The translations under genes and the position numbers were made by a program. From Clostridia bacterium (lineage in GTDB: Bacteria > Bacillota > Clostridia > Christensenellales > CAG-1252): a stretch of 64,000 nt of DNA. Shown here piece by piece: positions 52,806 through 62,640 of this stretch; position 1 is the stretch's first letter, and each line of letters opens with the position of its first letter. The DNA lies in the NCBI GenBank assembly GCA_017394805.1, contig JAFPXC010000020.1, positions 69,578 through 133,577 on the forward strand, in the 5' to 3' direction. Under the pieces are notes generated by a model. The model had not been told where the DNA came from, made no database searches, and saw only the letters and a list, made by a program, of their open reading frames with translations.

Positions 52806-55502
52806 TTAGTATAATTTGCTGTACACCACGCGGGACGAAGTGAATTCGCCTTGGAAGACGAAAGGCTCGGTGCAATCCGCGTCCAAATAGACGTTGTTGC
52901 CTTCCTCGTATTCGATCCACGTGCCAGCAGCAATATAATTCTTGGTCTTGCCGACCACCGCGCCTTCGTACACGAAACGCGTTTCGAGCACCGGCAATCT
53001 CGTATATTTGGTCACTTCCACGCCATTGACGTCGGCTTTGGTGACGTCTGCGAAGTCGATGCTGTAACCGTAGTCCTCTGCCGAATAGATGAGCGTTTCG
53101 GTAGAGTCGTTGCGATAGAATAACTCATTGAACAAAAACTCACCGTTCATGGTGAAAGGAACGACCGCGTACATCTTGTCAATAAGGTACGCATACACGT
53201 GCGTGCGGGTATTGTCCTCTTCGTCGAAATAGACGTAGGTCTCGCCGTCGAAGATGCGCTCGGTAAAGGCGCCGTCGTAATAGTAGGTACCGCAGATGAA
53301 GGGATTGACGCCAAATTGCGTATCGCTCCAGAAGAGTTTGCCGCGGCGCACTTCGATAAAGTCGTAGGAGGCCTTGGTAGCCACGTTGGTCACGTCAACG
53401 TCGTTGATATAGAAAGTGGTGGGCAGGAAGATGCGCTTGGGCTGCTTGGCGTCACGACGATAGACCGTGATATTGTCGGTGATGGTGGTGGTGTAGTTGG
53501 GGTCGATGAGTTGGGTGCACGCCGCGTCTTCGAACAGCACGTAGTCCATATTGCAGAAGTCTACGGTGGTGCCGTAGCCCTTTTGCATGGTCATATAGGT
53601 CTCGGTGGTGCCATCCGCGTACACGTCGATGACCGTGTAGTCGAAATATTCGGGATGCGCCTCGCCTTGGGGTTTGACGAAGAAATCCGTCGCGTCCGCG
53701 CCAACCTGTACGGTAGCGGGCGCAAGGGTGTTGAACGCGGGGTCCAAATAGACCTCTTTATCCGGGAACATAGATTGCAGATCTATGCCGTCGCCCACCG
53801 TATATTCCACGGGATATTCGCTGACGGGCACGAGTTCTTTGCCCTCGTAGTCGTAAATATGGAAATGCACCCACACGCGTTGAGGTTGCTCCTCGCCGCC
53901 TTGTCCTTGACCTTGACCGCCCGAGGGGTCTTTGTCACCGCCCTGCGGATCTTTGTCACCACCGGTGGGATCTTTATCGCCGCCCTCTTGGCCGCCTTGG
54001 CCCTCTTCACCCGTGCCGCTGCCCGCCGTGGACTTGGCGAACATCAACGCGTTGGGCGATTCGCTATAGGCGATGATATAGGTCGTATCTTCCTTGACGG
54101 ACACGCAAACGTCCGTGAATTGAGGCGAAACCGCGTCGGCCGAAACGACGAAGTTGTACTCGGTCAGCGTTTCCTCATACCAACGGGCGAATTCTTGGGC
54201 GGTAAAGTCCGCGAGGGTGAATATAAAAGCGTTATTTTGTTGCTCGTAGCCGTTGACGACGCCGCGTTCGCTCTTGGGGGCGGGTATGCCGTAGCCGAAT
54301 AAGCGTACGATCTTATCTTCATCCCAATCGTTCAACTGCCTGCCGCCGCTCTCCCCGCCGCTCACGGGTTGCCCGTCGTAATCGTCGTCCACGCCCGAAA
54401 TGGCAAAGGCGGCGATGACGTCGGTCTTGGCGATCTTGTTGAAGTCGTCGAAGGTCGATTTGATATTGGCGTTGGCGGTGCCTTCTTTGGCCAAATACTC
54501 GTCCGACTTGATCTCGGTGGCATTGAGTCCGAAGTCGTCGTACAACGTGGCGCAAAGGGTGCGGCGCAACGAAACGTTGACCATACCGTCGTGCGCGTCG
54601 GTGTGATTGGTGAAATAGACCTTGCCGTTCTTGAAAGCCTGCGCTTTACCGCCGTATTTGGCGGCGTCCGCATAGGCGTCAAAGGTGCGGTGCGCGTCGT
54701 CTTTGACCATCTTGGTGGGCGAGATATAATAGGCCTTGGCCCACTCTTTGATCTTGCCTTCCACGACGTTGACGTAATCGTATTCGTAGGTATTGGTGCG
54801 CTCTCGCTCGTCCGCAAAGCGACTGCAATCGTCCACGTAGCGCATCGTGAGGGAGTAGTTTGGCTCGGACTTGTTCATATCGTAGTCCAAGGTGAGTTCG
54901 GCGTAGAAGCGCTGCTCGTGCGTTTCCGTACCCGCCGTGTAGACGATGACAAGGCCGAGGTGCACGCGGATAATATCCGAAGAGTCGATGTCTATGTCGA
55001 TGGACACGTCGGCCACATAGTCCTGCGTCTTGCCCGCCTTGCCGGTGGCGAAGTCGAAATCGGCCTTGCCGGTCACTCTGTCCTTGTACACCTTGCCGAG
55101 TTCGTACGAAGCACCCACTTTTTCGTAGAGCGCTTTGATGTATTGGAATTGGATCATGGGCGGTTCGTCATACTTGAATTCGGGCTCGGCGACCGTCTTG
55201 TTTTCGTCGCATAGGTCGATAAGCAAATCCACATTGGTCTTGTTGGCGGTGCCCGTCGTCTCTTCGGCATCGGCGACAAGGGTGGGAGCAAACAGCGAGA
55301 AGAAGCCGTCCCGCTGCGTGGTGCCCGTATAGGCTTTTTGGTTGGTCAGGCTTCTCGCCACACCCTTGAAAGCCTTTTCTATTTTTTGCTGTTGCGCATT
55401 GAGTTTGGTTTCGTTATTACAAGCAGTCATCACGCCTGCCGTACAGGCGACCAAAATGACGACAAGCACCAAAATCAATGCAAACGAAACGCGCTTTTTC
55501 AT
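52806..55502 (-). CDS. Large lipoprotein of unknown function with a G/D/K/P/Q-rich linker
   Basis: 898 aa. SD AAGGAG. Signal peptide with the lipobox LVAC. It has its own consensus promoter (55529-55557) and terminator (52761-52786). Internal GGDKDPT/GGDKDPQ/GGDKDPS 21-nt tandem repeat at about 53922-53984. Confidence 0.75.
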   Translation of the reverse strand: MKKRVSFALILVLVVILVACTAGVMTACNNETKLNAQQQKIEKAFKGVARSLTNQKAYTGTTQRDGFFSLFAPTLVADAEETTGTANKTNVDLLIDLCDENKTVAEPEFKYDEPPMIQFQYIKALYEKVGASYELGKVYKDRVTGKADFDFATGKAGKTQDYVADVSIDIDIDSSDIIRVHLGLVIVYTAGTETHEQRFYAELTLDYDMNKSEPNYSLTMRYVDDCSRFADERERTNTYEYDYVNVVEGKIKEWAKAYYISPTKMVKDDAHRTFDAYADAAKYGGKAQAFKNGKVYFTNHTDAHDGMVNVSLRRTLCATLYDDFGLNATEIKSDEYLAKEGTANANIKSTFDDFNKIAKTDVIAAFAISGVDDDYDGQPVSGGESGGRQLNDWDEDKIVRLFGYGIPAPKSERGVVNGYEQQNNAFIFTLADFTAQEFARWYEETLTEYNFVVSADAVSPQFTDVCVSVKEDTTYIIAYSESPNALMFAKSTAGSGTGEEGQGGQEGGDKDPTGGDKDPQGGDKDPSGGQGQGQGGEEQPQRVWVHFHIYDYEGKELVPVSEYPVEYTVGDGIDLQSMFPDKEVYLDPAFNTLAPATVQVGADATDFFVKPQGEAHPEYFDYTVIDVYADGTTETYMTMQKGYGTTVDFCNMDYVLFEDAACTQLIDPNYTTTITDNITVYRRDAKQPKRIFLPTTFYINDVDVTNVATKASYDFIEVRRGKLFWSDTQFGVNPFICGTYYYDGAFTERIFDGETYVYFDEEDNTRTHVYAYLIDKMYAVVPFTMNGEFLFNELFYRNDSTETLIYSAEDYGYSIDFADVTKADVNGVEVTKYTRLPVLETRFVYEGAVVGKTKNYIAAGTWIEYEEGNNVYLDADCTEPFVFQGEFTSSRVVYSKLY

Positions 55503-55528
55503 ACTTTTTCTCCTTGTTAGTTTTTATA

Positions 55529-55557
55529 ATTATATATCATATCCACACTATTGTCAA
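55529..55557 (-). promoter_or_regulatory. Consensus sigma-A promoter of the large lipoprotein gene
   Basis: Minus strand TTGACA - 17 nt - TATAAT. Confidence 0.65.
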
Positions 55558-55692
55558 TAGTTTTCTCACGTTGCACGGCGCTAACATATTTTTGGTAAAA
55601 TCACGCCGTTAGGGGCAAAATAGCGCAAATTATAAGCGAAATCAAGTGTGATTGCAATTAACATAAAAACGAAAATCAATTTGAAATAAATG

Positions 55693-56802
55693 CTATTTAT
55701 TAATAAATAGCAAACTGATTTGATTGGAAACGTACAGTAGTTCGGGATCGATACGGAAATAGCCGTCGCATATACTGCAGGTCTTGCGCACGAGGGGGTT
55801 GGCCAAAACCGCGGCGTACTCCTCGCAAAAATCCACGCCGAAGCGTTCGTAATAGGCGGCCAAATCTACGCCCAACGTAGTGCGAAGGCCGAGCATGATC
55901 GTCTCTTCCTTGCGGTCGGACAATGTATTATCGCCCTCATCTCGATACCGCGTGCAGTCGGCCATATACGCCGCGAGATCGGGCGAGTGATAGAAGCGAC
56001 GGCCGCCTGCGAAACTATGCGCGGCGGGGCCGAACCCCATATATTCTTTGCTCTGCCAACAATGCAGGTTGTGTCGGCATTGGTAGCCCGAGGCGGCGAA
56101 ATTGCTCACCTCGTAGCGCGTCAATCCGTGTGCCTGCAAATAGGCGGCGGCCGCTTGATACAACGCGGCGGCTTCGTCCTCGTCGGGCAAGGCGATGCGC
56201 CCCGCCCTTACGCTGCGTTCGATGGGCGTACCCTCTTCCAACTGCAAAGCGTACACCGAAACGTGACGGACGAAGGGCAACATGGCGGCGAGATCCGCCG
56301 TGACGGACGCGGCGGTTTGATGGGGTAAGCCCACGATATAGTCCGCGTTGACGTTGGCGAAAATCGTATGCGCCATGCGCAAAGCGGCGAGCGCCTCGTC
56401 CGCGGTGTGCACGCGCCCCATCACGGCAAGCACCTCGTCCTGTAAGGATTGCACGCCGATACTCAGGCGATTGACGCCCAACGAGCGCAAGGCGTCGAAC
56501 AGTTCCGCCGAGCAACTCTCGGGATTGCACTCCACCGTAAATTCTTCGAGATAATCGAGTATAAACGCGTCGGTAAGCGCGTCGAAAATCCTGCGCCATT
56601 GCGCGGAGCGAAGCAAAGACGGGGTGCCGCCCCCCACGAAAATCGTATCTACGAGGCGGTCGTCCCCCGCGGCGCGTATTTCGCGGCACAACGCGTCCAC
56701 GTAGTCGTCCATAGGGGACAAGTCGCAAACGCTGTAGAAGTCGCAATAGGCGCACTTCCTGCGGCAAAACGGTACGTGAATATAGACGCCCGTTTTGGTC
56801 AT
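55693..56802 (-). CDS. hemW: Radical-SAM heme chaperone HemW (HemN-like, oxygen-independent coproporphyrinogen oxidase family)
   Basis: 369 aa. VYIHVPFCRRKCAYCDF is the CxxxCxxC motif. 1-nt TAATG overlap with lepA. Conserved lepA-hemW order. Confidence 0.88.
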   Translation of the reverse strand: MTKTGVYIHVPFCRRKCAYCDFYSVCDLSPMDDYVDALCREIRAAGDDRLVDTIFVGGGTPSLLRSAQWRRIFDALTDAFILDYLEEFTVECNPESCSAELFDALRSLGVNRLSIGVQSLQDEVLAVMGRVHTADEALAALRMAHTIFANVNADYIVGLPHQTAASVTADLAAMLPFVRHVSVYALQLEEGTPIERSVRAGRIALPDEDEAAALYQAAAAYLQAHGLTRYEVSNFAASGYQCRHNLHCWQSKEYMGFGPAAHSFAGGRRFYHSPDLAAYMADCTRYRDEGDNTLSDRKEETIMLGLRTTLGVDLAAYYERFGVDFCEEYAAVLANPLVRKTCSICDGYFRIDPELLYVSNQISLLFINK

Positions 56803-58604
56803 TATTCGTCGTCTCCGACCTTGAGAATGGTCATAAAAGCGTCCGAGGGTATCTCAACCGAGCCGACCTGGCGCATACGCTTTTTGCCCTCTTTCTGCTT
56901 CTCCAAAAGTTTCTTTTTGCGCGTGATATCGCCGCCGTAGCACTTGGCCAAAACGTCCTTGCGCAAGGCCTTGACCGTCTCGCGGGCGATGACCTTGTTG
57001 CCGATGCACGCCTGAATGGGTATCTCGAACATTTGGCGGGGGATAACGTCTTTTAGACGTTCCGCCACCTTTCTGCCCCGCTCGTAGGCGCTGTCTTTGA
57101 AGACGATCATACTCAACGCGTCGCACATTTCGCCGTTGAGCAGAATGTCCAAACGCACCATATCGTTCTTGACGTAGCCGTCCATCTCGTAGTCGAGGCT
57201 GGCGTACCCGCGCGAGCGCGACTTCATGCTGTCGAAAAAGTCGTACAGAATCTCGCTCAAGGGAATTTGGTACGACAGCACTACCCTCTGCGGATCGAGA
57301 TAGGTCATATCCTTGAATATGCCGCGCTTTTGCTGGCACAACTCCATAATTGCGCCCACGTAGGCGGGCGGCGTGAACACGGACAACTTGACGATGGGCT
57401 CCTCGATATAATCTATCTCGGCGGGGTTGGGCAACTTGGTGGGGTTGTCGATCATCAATATTTCGCCGCTCGTCTTGTGTACGCGGTAACTCACCGAGGG
57501 CGCGGTGGTCACGAGGTCGAGGTCGAACTCGCGCTCCAATCGCTGGGTGATGACGTCCATGTGCAATAGCCCCAAAAACCCGGTGCGGAAACCGAAACCC
57601 AACGCCGTGGAAACGTCGGGCTCGAAATAGAGGCTGGCGTCGTTGAGCTTGAGTTTCTCCAACCCCTCGCGCAATTCGTTGTACTTACTGCCGTCGGCGG
57701 GATAGATACCCGCGAACACCACGGGTTTGACCTCTTTGTAGCCGGGATAAGGCGCGGCGCACGGATTTTCGGCCTTGGTGATGGTGTCCCCCACGGCCGT
57801 ATCCACCACGTTTTTGATAGAAGCCGCGAGGTAGCCGACTTCGCCCGAATGCAATACGGACACGGGACGCATCTTGGGCGTAAACACGCCTACTTCGGTG
57901 ACGTCAAACTCTTTGCCCGTGCTGCACATACGGATGCGGTCGCCCACTTTGACCGTGCCTTCGCCCACGCGAATGAGGGAAATAGCGCCCTTGTAATTGT
58001 CGTAGACCGAATCGAAAATGAGGGCTTTGAGGGGGCTTTCGTCGTCCACTTTGGCGGGGGGCAGTTGCTCGATGATCTGCTCGATGAGATGGTCGATGCC
58101 GATGCCCTCTTTGGCGCTCACCAAGGGCGCTTCGTCCGCGGGAATGCCGATGACGTCCTCGATTTGCTTTTTTGCTTCCTCTACGTCCGCCGAAGCGAGG
58201 TCTATCTTGTTGATAACGGGCAGTATTTCCAGATTGTTGTCCACCGCGAGATAGGCGTTGGTCAAGGTCTGCGCCTCTACGCCCTGCGTGGCGTCCACGA
58301 TGAGAATGGCCCCCTCGCACGCAGCCAAAGAACGCGACACTTCGTAGGTGAAGTCCACGTGCCCCGGGGTGTCTATGAGGTTGAGAACGTACTCGTGATC
58401 CTTGTACTTGTAGTACATACGCACGGGTTGCAATTTGATGGTGATGCCGCGCTCGCGTTCCAAGTCCATGCTGTCCAGCAGTTGGTCCTTGCTTTCGCGT
58501 TCGCTCACGGTCCCCGTGAACTCCATCAAGCGGTCGGCCAAGGTGCTTTTGCCGTGGTCGATATGGGCTACGATACAAAAATTGCGAATGTAACTTTCGG
58601 TCAT
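56802..58604 (-). CDS. lepA: Translation elongation factor 4 (LepA)
   Basis: 600 aa from the ATG at 58604 (GGAGG upstream). [21 protein letters not shown] and DTPGHVDF G-domain motifs. Confidence 0.94.
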   Translation of the reverse strand: MTESYIRNFCIVAHIDHGKSTLADRLMEFTGTVSERESKDQLLDSMDLERERGITIKLQPVRMYYKYKDHEYVLNLIDTPGHVDFTYEVSRSLAACEGAILIVDATQGVEAQTLTNAYLAVDNNLEILPVINKIDLASADVEEAKKQIEDVIGIPADEAPLVSAKEGIGIDHLIEQIIEQLPPAKVDDESPLKALIFDSVYDNYKGAISLIRVGEGTVKVGDRIRMCSTGKEFDVTEVGVFTPKMRPVSVLHSGEVGYLAASIKNVVDTAVGDTITKAENPCAAPYPGYKEVKPVVFAGIYPADGSKYNELREGLEKLKLNDASLYFEPDVSTALGFGFRTGFLGLLHMDVITQRLEREFDLDLVTTAPSVSYRVHKTSGEILMIDNPTKLPNPAEIDYIEEPIVKLSVFTPPAYVGAIMELCQQKRGIFKDMTYLDPQRVVLSYQIPLSEILYDFFDSMKSRSRGYASLDYEMDGYVKNDMVRLDILLNGEMCDALSMIVFKDSAYERGRKVAERLKDVIPRQMFEIPIQACIGNKVIARETVKALRKDVLAKCYGGDITRKKKLLEKQKEGKKRMRQVGSVEIPSDAFMTILKVGDDE

Positions 58605-58719
58605 ACTTGCCTCCACACGAAATAGTATACTTTTTTGCATTAATTTTGGCAAGTGGTATTTACAACTCAACGCAAATTTGATATACTGTAAAGGAACTTT
58701 TACTTCGGGAGGCAATACT

Positions 58720-59457
58720 ATGATAGATTTCAGTTGGTTATTGGACAAACCCATCGCGCACCGCGGTTTTTGGGGACAAGGCGAAGGGGATCAACCCTTT
58801 TGCGCCGAGAACTCTTTGACGGCCTATCAGCGCGCCATAGATAAGGGCTACAATATCGAAATCGACGTGCACCTTATGGCGGACGACGACTTCGCGGTGT
58901 TCCACGACGGCACCACCACCAGAGTGTGCGGCGTCAATGCCAAAGTCGCCTCGCTCACCAAGGCCGATCTGCCCAACTATCATCTGTCCAATACCGCCGA
59001 CACCATTCCCACTTTGCGCGAAGTGCTCGACTTGGTGGACGGGAAGGTGGGTCTTCTCATCGAAATGAAAGACTTCACCAACAAGAACGATTGCTGCAAA
59101 AAGTTGTACGACTATCTCAAAGATTACAAGGGCAACTACGCCATTCAGTCCTTCAATATCACGGTAGGCGGCGGCGCTTTGGGTTGGTGGCGCGCCAATA
59201 CCACGGGCGTGCCCATCGGCATATTGTCCTGCCGTCCTTTGGACGTGCTGCTCCCCTCTTGGAAGAAAGCCATTCAGCCCGACTTCTTCGCTTTCGACAT
59301 CAAGGGCTTGCCCGTTAAGTATATCGAGAAACAGCGCAAGGAATGCGGCGTCAAATTGCTCACCTGGACCATTCGCACGCAAGAAGCCTACGACAAAGCC
59401 GTCAACGAAGTCAAAGTCGATAATATCATCTTCGATACCTATCGCTTAATAAATTGA
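58720..59457 (+). CDS. Glycerophosphodiester phosphodiesterase
   Basis: 245 aa from the ATG at 58720 (GGGAGG upstream). IAHRGF ... [11 protein letters not shown] ... IEIDVHL ... FHD are GDPD motifs. Confidence 0.85.
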   Translation: MIDFSWLLDKPIAHRGFWGQGEGDQPFCAENSLTAYQRAIDKGYNIEIDVHLMADDDFAVFHDGTTTRVCGVNAKVASLTKADLPNYHLSNTADTIPTLREVLDLVDGKVGLLIEMKDFTNKNDCCKKLYDYLKDYKGNYAIQSFNITVGGGALGWWRANTTGVPIGILSCRPLDVLLPSWKKAIQPDFFAFDIKGLPVKYIEKQRKECGVKLLTWTIRTQEAYDKAVNEVKVDNIIFDTYRLIN

Positions 59458-59474
59458 TTGAGGAGAAAATACAA

Positions 59475-59675
59475 ATGATTATTACGTGCGGTGAATGCGG
59501 AAGAAACGTTTCGGATCAAAGTTACGTCTGCCCCGGTTGCGGCAGAGACGTGCGCGTACTCAAAGCCAACGGCTACGGTTGTCGTAATTGTACCAATCGC
59601 TATGACGACGATTGCAAGAGTTGGGGCCCCAGTGGCTACCCCTGTTTGGCGTATTACGAAGAAGATTACGACTGA
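59475..59675 (+). CDS. Small zinc-ribbon protein
   Basis: 66 aa from the ATG at 59475 (GAGGAG 8 nt upstream). CGECG...CPGCG plus CRNC...C pairs. Confidence 0.55.
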   Translation: MIITCGECGRNVSDQSYVCPGCGRDVRVLKANGYGCRNCTNRYDDDCKSWGPSGYPCLAYYEEDYD

Positions 59676-59691
59676 TGCATAATCGATAATC

Positions 59692-59720
59692 AAAAAAGGC
59701 AGGACATTGTCCTGCTTTTT
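59692..59720. terminator. Bidirectional intrinsic terminator
   Basis: A6 run, GCAGGAC-ATT-GTCCTGC, then T5. Confidence 0.8.
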
Positions 59721-59721
59721 C

Positions 59722-60255
59722 TTATACGGCGTTTTCGTCAAATAGTATTTTAGGCGGAACGTAGCGCAATGCAAGCCACGCGCCCACGCCCAAGACGAGG
59801 TAGTCTACGAGATAGAAAGTCATGGTCTCGGCAATCAAAGCAAAGGGCGCGCCCCTGTGCACGTTGATGGCGATGAGGCAAGTATAGACGAAGGCGTACG
59901 CTACGCCCAACGCCGCCCCTATCGGCAACGCCGAAAAACGGCGGGTTTTGAGAAGCCCCCACGCGGCGACCGAGGCCGCGGTGAACGCCGCCAACTCGAA
60001 GACGATGGCGAGGCCGTCGTCCAACACCAAGCCGTAGACGATGGAGCGCACGCCGAAGGCTATCGCCGCCTCGGCGGGCGAATAGCAAACGAGCAAGAAC
60101 GCGGCGAACAATACGCCCAACTGCACGCGCAAATAGGGAACGGTGGGGAATAGGGGCGGAATAAGCGTCTCGACGTAGCCCAGCAACCCCGCAAGCACCG
60201 CGCACACCAATGTGACGATCAATTTCTTCTTGGAAGTCAACGTCCACTTTTTCAT
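59722..60255 (-). CDS. Gx-transporter / heptaprenyl-diphosphate-synthase-component-I-like membrane protein
   Basis: 177 aa with 5 hydrophobic helices. The family call comes from overall resemblance and the typical pairing with a NusG-domain-II gene immediately upstream. Confidence 0.65.
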   Translation of the reverse strand: MKKWTLTSKKKLIVTLVCAVLAGLLGYVETLIPPLFPTVPYLRVQLGVLFAAFLLVCYSPAEAAIAFGVRSIVYGLVLDDGLAIVFELAAFTAASVAAWGLLKTRRFSALPIGAALGVAYAFVYTCLIAINVHRGAPFALIAETMTFYLVDYLVLGVGAWLALRYVPPKILFDENAV

Positions 60256-60256
60256 A

Positions 60257-60592
60257 CTACGTCAACTCCACCACCACGCCCAACGTGGGATATATTATCT
60301 TGTCCCCTTTGCGGGATAGCGTCGCCACCCTGCCCCGATAGACGGTCTCCAACTTGTCCCCGTTGACGCGCACCTGCACGCCGCTATAGGTAGCCACGGG
60401 GTTGTAGGGTTGCCCGAGCGCAAGGGTGGACACGGCCTTGCCGTCCACGTACACGGTAGCGGTGGCGGCCGATTCGCGCGGCAAGAGAACGGTGAGCAAG
60501 CACGCCGTGACGACGACCACTACGAGGGCGGCCACGAGCAAGTCCCACTTGCCCAAAACGCGTATTTTGTTGTGTTCGGCATAGGCATTCAT
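60257..60592 (-). CDS. NusG-domain-II-containing membrane-anchored protein
   Basis: 111 aa from the ATG at 60592. One TM helix, then a beta-rich segment ATVYVDGKAVSTLALGQ...VQVRVNGDKLETV. Confidence 0.65.
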   Translation of the reverse strand: MNAYAEHNKIRVLGKWDLLVAALVVVVVTACLLTVLLPRESAATATVYVDGKAVSTLALGQPYNPVATYSGVQVRVNGDKLETVYRGRVATLSRKGDKIIYPTLGVVVELT

Positions 60593-60627
60593 ATCGAAAT
60601 TATACCGCATTTCGCGCCGTTTGTCAC
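60593..60627 (-). promoter_or_regulatory. Putative promoter giving leaderless mRNA for the NusG-II / Gx pair
   Basis: Minus strand GTGACA - 17 nt - TATAAT - 6 nt - ATG (60592). Confidence 0.5.
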
Positions 60628-60744
60628 CCAAAAGGCACGATTTACTCTCGCTTTTGCACATAATTTCGCTACTTTTGGGGCAATGTTGCGCCAATCAGTT
60701 GAAATTGTTGCCCATTTACTATATAATTTTGATAGGAGTGAGGT

Positions 60745-61569
60745 ATGAAGTACAGCAAACTTGCTTTTCAATATATGGCCAACAAACACTTTTGGAAACT
60801 GCTTTTGTTGCTAATAGCGCCGGCGGTGGCCATTTCTATGTTTACCGGTTTCGACACCACGGCCAAACTCATCACGCGCTTCCCCGAGCGCACCGAATAC
60901 AGCTTCGCCGAGATGTTCCACCTGACCAGCGAGGTCAATTGGAAAGTGCTCATCGGCTTGGTGGTTATGTTCTTTGCTTACGTGGTGCTGTTCGCCGTGA
61001 TGATCGGCGCGATGCAACGCCATATGCGCACGGGACGCTTCGCCATGACCAACATAGGCAAGCGCATCAACGAGAACTTCCTGCCCGTGTTTCTCACCTT
61101 GTTGATGGTGTTCTTGTTCATCTTCCTGTACGGCTTGTTCCTCAATATCACCATCATCGCTTGGTGGGCCATGACCAAGAACCTCGTGGCGACCTACATA
61201 CTGACCATCTTCTTTATGGTGGCGTTCTTCCTCTTGTTGATGTGGCTGTTCACCATCTTCTTCCTCACCTGCCCCAATATGGTGGTGACCGGGCAAAGTC
61301 TTTCGGACAGCGTGAGTTACAGCATCCGCATTTCGCGCTCCAAGCGCCGCCAACTGTACCTCGCCATCGCCCTGCCTTTGTCCATCATGATGGTACTGCA
61401 ATTCGGCTTGGTGTGGATACCCGAAAAGGTGTATAAGATACTGCACGTCATCACCAACGCGATTATGGTGCTGTTCATCACTTGCTATTATCCCGTGCTG
61501 ATGTTCGTCAGCTACTACGATATCAACGACAAGGACCGCGAGGATCTCTTGCCCGTCAATCGTCTATAG
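60745..61569 (+). CDS. Polytopic membrane protein, unknown function
   Basis: 274 aa. SD GGAGTGAGG. About 6 hydrophobic helices. Confidence 0.65.
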   Translation: MKYSKLAFQYMANKHFWKLLLLLIAPAVAISMFTGFDTTAKLITRFPERTEYSFAEMFHLTSEVNWKVLIGLVVMFFAYVVLFAVMIGAMQRHMRTGRFAMTNIGKRINENFLPVFLTLLMVFLFIFLYGLFLNITIIAWWAMTKNLVATYILTIFFMVAFFLLLMWLFTIFFLTCPNMVVTGQSLSDSVSYSIRISRSKRRQLYLAIALPLSIMMVLQFGLVWIPEKVYKILHVITNAIMVLFITCYYPVLMFVSYYDINDKDREDLLPVNRL

Positions 61570-61577
61570 GAGTTGTT

Positions 61578-62510
61578 ATGCCACTCAAACATTCCCTCAA
61601 TATTCTTATATACAAATACGGCGTGGTCTTCAAAATGATCGCGTACTACGCCATTTTGCTGTTGATTTTCGTGTCCATCGCCGCGGGCATTTTGTCCCCC
61701 ATCTTCTCCGAAATGTACGCGGAGATACAAGAGACGGGCGTCACCGTCCAACTGCACCAATTCTTCGACGAGTTCTTGCAGGGCGACAGTTCTCTCATCG
61801 AGACTTTCCAGGCCATCGGCGTGGCGGTCAACAGCATCATCGACATCGTCGTCAACAACAATATGGCCGTCACCAAGGGGCTCGTGGTCATCGGCGTCTT
61901 CGCCATCTTGTATATCTACCTCGTCAGCTTCGCCAACCTCGTGTGTAGCGACGTGGTCAACAACTTTATGAACAGCGCCTCGCGCTTCGGCTTTTTGAGC
62001 AACCTCATCTACAACCTCGGTAAGAGCGCGTTGTACGGGTTGTTGTATTTGGTGACCTACCTGCCCGCCACCGCATGCTCGGTGGCCGTGACCTATTTCG
62101 TCGGCTACGGGCTCGTCAAAGGAGGCGCGTTCCTCTTGGCGTTCCCCGCGTGCTGTATGACCTTCCTCGTGTTGCAATCCTTGGTGCTGACGGTATTCGC
62201 AGGCTGGTTGCCCGCCATCGTCGTGGACAAGAAAAGCGTGGCCAAAGCGTTGGTCGAGGGGCCGAAGTCCATTCTCAAAGACCACTTCGGCTACTGCTGG
62301 ATGACCATGTTCGTCACCATGTTCTTGTGCTTCATCTTCGTGATGATCTCCACGTTCTTCACCTTCGGGTTCGGCTTTATCATCGCCTTCCCCACCGCCG
62401 TGGTCGCCGTCAAGATATTGGAATTGGTCTTCTACTTCAACGCGCACGGCTACAAGTTCTACGAAACCGACAAAAAGGTCGCCGAGGAAACCCTCCCCAA
62501 AATGGAATAG
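61578..62510 (+). CDS. Polytopic membrane protein, unknown function
   Basis: 310 aa from the ATG at 61578 (TAGGAG upstream). About 6 hydrophobic helices. Starts 8 nt after the previous gene. Confidence 0.65.
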   Translation: MPLKHSLNILIYKYGVVFKMIAYYAILLLIFVSIAAGILSPIFSEMYAEIQETGVTVQLHQFFDEFLQGDSSLIETFQAIGVAVNSIIDIVVNNNMAVTKGLVVIGVFAILYIYLVSFANLVCSDVVNNFMNSASRFGFLSNLIYNLGKSALYGLLYLVTYLPATACSVAVTYFVGYGLVKGGAFLLAFPACCMTFLVLQSLVLTVFAGWLPAIVVDKKSVAKALVEGPKSILKDHFGYCWMTMFVTMFLCFIFVMISTFFTFGFGFIIAFPTAVVAVKILELVFYFNAHGYKFYETDKKVAEETLPKME

Positions 62511-62568
62511 CCGTTCAAAACTCTGCATTACAAATTACAAACGCATCGTACGCATACGAAGCGACAAC

Positions 62569-62604
62569 GAAAAGTCTCCGTCGGAAGGTCGGCGGAGACT
62601 TTTC
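62569..62604. terminator. Bidirectional intrinsic terminator
   Basis: GAAAAGTCTCCG ... CGGAGACTTTTC. A 12-bp stem flanked by A and T runs. Confidence 0.8.
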
Positions 62605-62640
62605 GTAACCTTTTCGCGCAAATGCGCCTTGCGAATAGCG

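Noticed and set aside
55692-55711. 20-bp perfect AT-rich palindrome GCTATTTATTAATAAATAGC as a regulatory site
   Set aside because: It overlaps the last codons and the stop of hemW and probably acts as a weak terminator hairpin. It is unrelated in sequence to the CTRTAC-N5-GTAYAG family.
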